This document shows, one piece after another, positions 58,348 to 64,000 of a DNA stretch of 64,000 nucleotides. The stretch is taken from contig DAIUCJ010000005.1 of NCBI GenBank assembly GCA_036846225.1, positions 24,745 to 88,744 of the forward strand, read 5' to 3'. Origin of the DNA: Hylemonella sp. (lineage in GTDB: Bacteria; Pseudomonadota; Gammaproteobacteria; Burkholderiales; Burkholderiaceae_C). A program made the position numbers and the translations under genes. The notes under the pieces were generated by a model. It did no database searches, was not told the origin of the DNA, and was given only the letters and a program-made list of their open reading frames with translations. Every line of letters starts with the position of its first letter. The stretch's first letter is position 1.

Positions 58348-60456
58348 ATGGTTGAAATCGAACTCGACGGCCAGAAGGTGGAGGTGGCGGAAGGCAGCAT
58401 GGTCATGCATGCGGCTGAGAAAGCCAAGATCTACATTCCCCACTTCTGCTACCACAAAAAGCTCAGCATCGCGGCCAACTGCCGCATGTGCCTGGTCGAT
58501 GTGGAAAAGGCGCCCAAGCCCATGCCGGCCTGCGCCACGCCGGTCACGCAGGGCATGATCGTGCGCACCAAGTCCGACAAGGCCATCAAGGCCCAGAAGT
58601 CGGTCATGGAATTCCTGCTGATCAACCACCCGCTGGACTGTCCGATCTGCGACCAGGGCGGCGAATGCCAGCTGCAGGATCTGGCGGTGGGCTACGGCGG
58701 CGGCAGCTCGCGTTACCAGGAAGAAAAGCGCGTCGTTGCGCCCAAGGACGTGGGGCCGCTGATCTCGATGGAGGAGATGAGCCGCTGCATCCACTGCACC
58801 CGCTGCGTGCGTTTCGGCCAGGAGATCGCCGGCGTCATGGAGCTGGGCATGAGCCATCGCGGCGAACATTCCGAAATCGAGACCTTCGTGGGGCACACGG
58901 TCGATTCGGAGCTGTCGGGCAACATGATCGACATCTGCCCGGTCGGCGCGCTGACCAGCAAGCCCTTTCGCTACAAGGCCCGCACCTGGGAGCTGTCGCG
59001 GCGCAAGTCGGTCTCGCCGCACGACTCCACGGGCGCCAACCTGATCGTGCAGGTCAAGAACGACCGGGTGCTGCGCGTCGTGCCGCTGGAAAACGAGGCG
59101 GTCAACGAATGCTGGATCGCCGACCGCGACCGTTACTCCTACGAGGCGCTCAACGGGGCGGACCGTCTGACGCGTCCCATGCTCAAGCAGGGCGACCAGT
59201 GGCAGGAAGTGGACTGGCAGACCGCGCTCGAATACGTGGCCAACGGCCTGAAGCAGATCAAGGACCAGCATGGTGCTGCCGCCATCGGCGCGCTGGTGAG
59301 TCCGCACAGCACGCTGGAAGAACTGCATCTGGCGACCGCGCTGGTGCGCGGCCTGGGTTCGGACAACATCGACCACCGTCTGCGCCATGCCGAGTTCCCT
59401 CGCTACGAGGGCGTGCGCTGGCTCGGCCTGCCGATTGCTGCCCTGAGCCAGCTGCAGCGCGTGCTGGTCGTGGGCTCAAACCTGCGCAAAGACCATCCGC
59501 TGTTTGCGCAGCGCATCCGTCAGGCCGTGCGCCATGGTGCGCAGGTCAGCGCTATCACCTCGCAGAAGTTGCTGAAATCGGCCGATGCCTGGGCCATGCC
59601 GCTGGCCCACGCGCAGGTCCTGCCTGCTGCCCAATGGGCGCAGGCCCTGGCCGACGTGGCTGCCGCCATCGCGGTCGAGCGGGGCGTGGCCGCGCCGGCC
59701 GCCGGAACGGCGACCGCCGCCGCGCAGGCCATCGCCCAATCGCTGCTGGCTGGCGAGCGCAAGGCCCTGCTGCTGGGCAATGCCGCCGCGCATGCGGCCA
59801 ATGCCTCGACTCTGCTGGCGCTGGCCAACTGGATCGCGGCCCAGACCGGCGCCAGCGTCGGCTACCTGACCGAAGCCGCCAACACCGTGGGCGCGCAGTG
59901 GGTGGGCGCCCAGCCGCAGGGCAGCGGGCTGAACGCCGCCCAGATGCTGGCCGGCGGGCTCAAGGCCGCCGTGCTGCTGAACGTGGAGCCCGAGCACGAC
60001 AGCGCTGCCGCCCAGGCGGCAGCCACGGCGCTGGGCCAGGCCGAGATGGTCGTCACGCTCAGCCCCTTCAAGACCAATCTGGGGTTCAGCGACGTGCTGC
60101 TGCCGATCGCGCCTTTCACGGAGACGTCCGGCACCTTCGTCAACGCCGAGGGGCGGGTGCAGAGCTTCCATGCCGTGGTCAAGCCGCTGGGCGAGACGCG
60201 ACCGGCCTGGAAGGTGCTGCGCGTGCTGGGCAGTCTGCTGGGACTGCCGGGCTTTGATTTCAACACCTCGCAGGAGGTGCTGGCGGCCGCCACCGCCAGG
60301 CCGGTCAACCTGTGCAACGCCACGCAGGCGCGCATCGATCTGGCCGCGCCGGCCGGCGAGCCGGTGGTGGCTGCCATCTACCAACTCGACGGCCTGGTCC
60401 GTCGCGCGCCGTCGCTGCAGCAGACGGCCGATGCCCGTGAGGGAGTGTCCGCATGA
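58348..60456 (+). CDS. nuoG: NADH-quinone oxidoreductase subunit G
   Basis: N-terminal 2Fe-2S and 4Fe-4S motifs ([44 protein letters not shown]). Confidence 0.93.
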   Translation: MVEIELDGQKVEVAEGSMVMHAAEKAKIYIPHFCYHKKLSIAANCRMCLVDVEKAPKPMPACATPVTQGMIVRTKSDKAIKAQKSVMEFLLINHPLDCPICDQGGECQLQDLAVGYGGGSSRYQEEKRVVAPKDVGPLISMEEMSRCIHCTRCVRFGQEIAGVMELGMSHRGEHSEIETFVGHTVDSELSGNMIDICPVGALTSKPFRYKARTWELSRRKSVSPHDSTGANLIVQVKNDRVLRVVPLENEAVNECWIADRDRYSYEALNGADRLTRPMLKQGDQWQEVDWQTALEYVANGLKQIKDQHGAAAIGALVSPHSTLEELHLATALVRGLGSDNIDHRLRHAEFPRYEGVRWLGLPIAALSQLQRVLVVGSNLRKDHPLFAQRIRQAVRHGAQVSAITSQKLLKSADAWAMPLAHAQVLPAAQWAQALADVAAAIAVERGVAAPAAGTATAAAQAIAQSLLAGERKALLLGNAAAHAANASTLLALANWIAAQTGASVGYLTEAANTVGAQWVGAQPQGSGLNAAQMLAGGLKAAVLLNVEPEHDSAAAQAAATALGQAEMVVTLSPFKTNLGFSDVLLPIAPFTETSGTFVNAEGRVQSFHAVVKPLGETRPAWKVLRVLGSLLGLPGFDFNTSQEVLAAATARPVNLCNATQARIDLAAPAGEPVVAAIYQLDGLVRRAPSLQQTADAREGVSA

Positions 60457-61535
60457 TCGACGCGCTGTACAACTGGGGCTACAACCTGGTGGCGGCCGGC
60501 TGGTGGGCGTCCATGGCCTGGCCGGTGTTCTGGAACCTGATCAAGATCGTCGCGGTGCTGGCGCCGCTGATGCTGGCCGTGGCCTACCTCACGCTGTGGG
60601 AGCGCCGGCTGCTGGGCTTCATGCAGGTGCGTCTCGGGCCCAACCGCGTCGGCCCCTATGGCCTGCTGCAGCCCATTGCCGACGCCTTCAAGTTGCTGAC
60701 CAAGGAAATCATCCAGCCCACGGCCGCCAACAAGGGGCTGTTCGTGCTGGGGCCGGTGCTGGCCATCACGCCGGCGCTGGCGGCCTGGGTGGCCATCCCG
60801 TTCGGACCGGATGTGGCGCTGACCAACGTCAACGTCGGTTTGCTGCTGATCATGGCCATCACGTCCATCGAGGTCTATGGGGTGATCATCGCCGGCTGGG
60901 CGTCCAACTCCAAATACGCTTTCCTGGGCGCGCTGCGCGCCTCGGCGCAGATGGTGAGCTACGAGATCGCCATGGGCTTTTGCTTCCTGGTGGTGCTGAT
61001 GGTCTCGGGCAGCATGAACCTGACCGACATCGTGCTGCAGCAGGACCAGGGCTACTTCGCTAGCAAGGACCTGAATTTCCTGTCCTGGAACTGGCTGCCG
61101 CTGCTGCCCATCTTTCTGGTCTATCTGATCTCCGGGGTGGCCGAGACCAACCGCCATCCCTTCGACGTGGTCGAGGGCGAGGCCGAGATCGTGGCCGGTC
61201 ACATGGTCGAGTACTCCGGCATGGGCTTTGCCATCTTCTTCCTGGCCGAATACGCCAGCATGTGGCTGGTGTCCATCCTGGCGGTGATCATGTTCCTGGG
61301 CGGCTGGCTGCCGCCGATCGACAGCGCGCTGTTCAATGCCATTCCGGGCTGGATCTGGCTGGGCCTGAAGACCTTCGTCGTGGTGTCGATGTTCATCTGG
61401 ATCCGCGCCACTTTTCCGCGCTTCCGCTATGACCAGATCATGCGCCTGGGCTGGAAGATCTTCATCCCGGTCACCCTGGTGTGGCTGCTCGTCGTCGGCA
61501 TCTGGATGCAGACGCCGTGGAACATCTGGAACTGA
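60453..61535 (+). CDS. nuoH: NADH-quinone oxidoreductase subunit H
   Basis: [22 protein letters not shown] and [20 protein letters not shown]. Confidence 0.95.
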   Translation: MIDALYNWGYNLVAAGWWASMAWPVFWNLIKIVAVLAPLMLAVAYLTLWERRLLGFMQVRLGPNRVGPYGLLQPIADAFKLLTKEIIQPTAANKGLFVLGPVLAITPALAAWVAIPFGPDVALTNVNVGLLLIMAITSIEVYGVIIAGWASNSKYAFLGALRASAQMVSYEIAMGFCFLVVLMVSGSMNLTDIVLQQDQGYFASKDLNFLSWNWLPLLPIFLVYLISGVAETNRHPFDVVEGEAEIVAGHMVEYSGMGFAIFFLAEYASMWLVSILAVIMFLGGWLPPIDSALFNAIPGWIWLGLKTFVVVSMFIWIRATFPRFRYDQIMRLGWKIFIPVTLVWLLVVGIWMQTPWNIWN

Positions 61536-61546
61536 GAGGGCGGATC

Positions 61547-62050
61547 ATGGCTGCAGCCTCCACTTTCTCCATCAAGGACTTTCTCAAGAGCTTCATGCTG
61601 GTGGAGCTCTTCAAGGGCATGGCGCTGACCGGACGCTACGCGCTGGCGCGCAAGGTCACTCTGCAATACCCGGAAGAAAAGACGCCGCTGAGCCCGCGCT
61701 TTCGCGGTCTGCACGCGCAGCGCCGCTATGAAAACGGCGAGGAGCGCTGCATCGCCTGCAAGCTGTGCGAAGCCGTCTGCCCGGCGATGGCCATCACCAT
61801 CGAATCGGAGCAGCGCGCCGACGGCACCCGGCGCACCACGCGCTATGACATCGACCTGACCAAGTGCATCTTCTGCGGCTTCTGCGAGGAGGCCTGCCCG
61901 GTGGACGCCATCGTCGAGACGCACATCCTCGAATACCACGGCGAAAAACGCGGCGATCTGTACTTCACCAAGGAGATGCTGCTGGCCGTGGGCGATCGCT
62001 ATGAGAAAGAAATTGCCGCAGCCAAGGCGGCCGACGCCAAGTACCGCTGA
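61547..62050 (+). CDS. nuoI: NADH-quinone oxidoreductase subunit I
   Basis: Two 4Fe-4S ferredoxin motifs, [12 protein letters not shown] and [12 protein letters not shown]. Confidence 0.95.
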   Translation: MAAASTFSIKDFLKSFMLVELFKGMALTGRYALARKVTLQYPEEKTPLSPRFRGLHAQRRYENGEERCIACKLCEAVCPAMAITIESEQRADGTRRTTRYDIDLTKCIFCGFCEEACPVDAIVETHILEYHGEKRGDLYFTKEMLLAVGDRYEKEIAAAKAADAKYR

Positions 62051-62077
62051 GGCGTCACGAACGAGCGAAACACGACC

Positions 62078-62719
62078 ATGGACGTCAAAACCGGCTTCTT
62101 TTTTCTGTTCTCGGCGGTGCTGCTGTTTGCGGCGCTGCGGGTGATCACCGCCCGCAATCCGGTGCATGCCGTGCTCTACCTGATGCTGTCGTTTTCGCAG
62201 GCGGCGGCCATCTGGCTGCTGCTCAAGGCCGAATTCCTGGCCATCGCGCTGGTGCTGGTCTATCTGGGCGCGGTGATGGTGCTCTTTCTCTTTGTCGTCA
62301 TGATGCTGGACATCAAGATCGACCAGCTGCGCCGCGGCTTCTGGCGGCATCTGCCGCTGGCCGCCACGCTGGGGGCCGTCGTGGTGCTGGAGATGGCGGC
62401 GGTGCTGCTGACCGGCTTTCGCGTCACCGAGGAGCCGGCCATGGTACAGGCCATCGGCCAGGCCGTGGAGTCCGACAATGCCAAGGACCTGGGCATTCTG
62501 CTCTACACCGAATACGTCTATCCGATCCAGATCGCGGCCATCATCCTGCTGGTGGCCATGGTGGCGGCCATCGCGCTGACCCTGCGCCGGCGCAAGGACA
62601 GCAAGTTCGTCGATCCGTCCGAGCAGGTGCGCGTGCGCGCGGCCGACCGGCTGCAGATCGTCAGGATGGAGCCGGTCCGTGGCCCTGCCGCAGCCGCCTC
62701 TGAGGAGCACAAGTCATGA
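62078..62719 (+). CDS. nuoJ: NADH-quinone oxidoreductase subunit J
   Basis: Hydrophobic 213-aa protein, [13 protein letters not shown] and [16 protein letters not shown], in the expected position in the nuo operon. Confidence 0.9.
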   Translation: MDVKTGFFFLFSAVLLFAALRVITARNPVHAVLYLMLSFSQAAAIWLLLKAEFLAIALVLVYLGAVMVLFLFVVMMLDIKIDQLRRGFWRHLPLAATLGAVVVLEMAAVLLTGFRVTEEPAMVQAIGQAVESDNAKDLGILLYTEYVYPIQIAAIILLVAMVAAIALTLRRRKDSKFVDPSEQVRVRAADRLQIVRMEPVRGPAAAASEEHKS

Positions 62720-63024
62720 CGCTGACGCTGGGACACTACCTGACGCTGGGGGCGGCGCTGTTTGCGATTGCCGTCGTGGGCATTTTCCTCAACCGCAAGA
62801 ACCTCATCGTGCTGCTGATGGCCATCGAGCTGATGCTGCTGGCCGTCAACCTGAATTTCGTGGCCTTCTCGCATTATCTGGGCGACATGCACGGCCAGGT
62901 GTTCGTGTTCTTCATCCTGACCGTGGCGGCCGCCGAATCGGCCATCGGTCTGGCCATTCTGGTGCTGCTGTTCCGCAACAAGTCCAGCATCAATGTGGAT
63001 GAACTCAACGATCTGAAGGGCTGA
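62716..63024 (+). CDS. nuoK: NADH-quinone oxidoreductase subunit K
   Basis: 102 aa: [19 protein letters not shown] and [17 protein letters not shown]. Confidence 0.93.
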   Translation: MTLTLGHYLTLGAALFAIAVVGIFLNRKNLIVLLMAIELMLLAVNLNFVAFSHYLGDMHGQVFVFFILTVAAAESAIGLAILVLLFRNKSSINVDELNDLKG

Positions 63025-63052
63025 TGGCCCGCCCTCCTCAAGGTACTGGAAG

Positions 63053-64000
63053 ATGAGTCAAACCCTCAACGCATCCACGCTGCTGGCCGTGCCGCTGGCG
63101 CCGCTCATCGGCGCGGCCCTGGCCGGCATCTTCGGCACCCGGCTGGGCGGCAACTGGCTGGGGCGGCGCTGGTGCCATGCGCTGACCATCCTGGGCGTGC
63201 TGGTGGCTTTCATCCTGTCGCTGGTCGTGCTCAAGGACGTGATAGGCGGCGCACGCTTCAATGCCACGATCTACGAGTGGATGGTGGTCGGCGGGCTGAA
63301 GATGGAAGTCGGCTTCATGGTCGATGGCCTGACCGCGATGATGATGTGCGTGGTGACCTTCGTTTCGCTGATGGTGCACATCTACACCATCGGCTACATG
63401 GAAGACGACGAGGGCTACAACCGCTTCTTCGCCTACATCTCGCTGTTTACCTTCTCGATGCTCATGCTGGTCATGAGCAACAATCTGCTGCAGCTCTTCT
63501 TCGGCTGGGAGGCGGTGGGCCTGGTGTCGTATCTGCTGATCGGTTTCTGGTACCACAAGCCGACGGCCGTCTTTGCCAACATGAAGGCTTTCCTGGTGAA
63601 TCGGGTTGGCGATTTCGGCTTCATCCTGGGCATCGGCCTGATCGCCGCCTATGCCGGCACGCTGAACTACACCGAGGTGTTCGCCAAGGCCGGCGAGCTG
63701 GGGCGGCTGGCGTTTCCCGGCACCGAGTGGATGCTGGTCACCGTGATCTGCATCTGCCTGTTCATCGGCGCAATGGGCAAGAGCGCGCAGTTTCCGCTGC
63801 ATGTGTGGCTGCCGGATTCGATGGAAGGCCCGACGCCGATTTCCGCGCTGATCCATGCCGCCACCATGGTCACGGCCGGCATCTTCATGGTGGCGCGCAT
63901 GTCGCCGCTGTACGAGCTGTCGGATACGGCGCTGAACTTCGTCATGGTCATCGGCGCGATCACGGCGCTGTTCATGGGTTTCCTGGGCATCATCCAGAAC
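63053..64000 (+). CDS. nuoL: NADH-quinone oxidoreductase subunit L, 5' fragment (runs off the window end)
   Basis: My own translation from the ATG at 63053: MSQTLNASTLLAVPLAPLIGAAL...LLQLFFGWEAVGLVSYLLIGFWY...FLVNRVGDFGF...AQFPLHVWLPDSMEGPTPISALIHAATMVTAG. There is no stop before base 64000, so it is absent from the ORF track. Confidence 0.9.
   Translation, partial: MSQTLNASTLLAVPLAPLIGAALAGIFGTRLGGNWLGRRWCHALTILGVLVAFILSLVVLKDVIGGARFNATIYEWMVVGGLKMEVGFMVDGLTAMMMCVVTFVSLMVHIYTIGYMEDDEGYNRFFAYISLFTFSMLMLVMSNNLLQLFFGWEAVGLVSYLLIGFWYHKPTAVFANMKAFLVNRVGDFGFILGIGLIAAYAGTLNYTEVFAKAGELGRLAFPGTEWMLVTVICICLFIGAMGKSAQFPLHVWLPDSMEGPTPISALIHAATMVTAGIFMVARMSPLYELSDTALNFVMVIGAITALFMGFLGIIQN

Noticed and set aside
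54027-59388. Series of long minus-strand ORFs opposite nuoB to nuoG (54027..55103, 55202..56422, 56679..58427, 58330..59388)
   Set aside because: They are antisense to highly conserved complex I subunits: high-GC antisense open frames with no motifs.

Overview
This is a high-GC chromosomal window. Gene order and protein sequences suggest Burkholderiales/Comamonadaceae, but that is inference only. Bases 1-14761 form one same-strand defence island of seven tightly packed ORFs. First comes a class-1 DISARM-like module: a DUF1998/DrmB-like protein truncated at the window edge and ending in a Vsr/DUF559-type nuclease, an SNF2 helicase, and a 1499-aa Eco57I-type N6-adenine methyltransferase. Next is a lower-GC Hachiman-like pair, a small D..ExK protein plus a DExH helicase. 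Last is a translationally coupled pair of a DUF262/DUF1524 (GmrSD-like) enzyme and an HNH_2 endonuclease. I found no integrase, transposase, CRISPR array or flanking tRNA in the visible part of the island. The other ~49 kb is core housekeeping: an FAD monooxygenase, glnS, a macA-like adaptor with a split ABC exporter, uppP, mutS, a PAS-GGDEF-EAL protein, suhB/trmJ/cysE, mog, yjgA, pmbA, rpsU, tsaD, a mazEF-like TA pair, hsp20, rpsO-pnp, qor, tpiA-secG-tRNA-Leu(GAG) and nuoA-nuoL (nuoL truncated at the window end). The most unusual non-defence locus is a clear TPP (THI-box) riboswitch at ~38588-38682. It precedes a six-gene operon encoding LuxE-like and LuxC-like enzymes, a NitT/TauT-type ABC importer with an NMT1/THI5-like binding protein, and an SDR. 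The best candidates for something undescribed are the GmrSD+HNH_2 coupled pair, the nuclease-fused DrmB variant, and the riboswitch-controlled LuxE/LuxC/SDR operon. All functional calls rest on motif recognition by eye; no database search was run.
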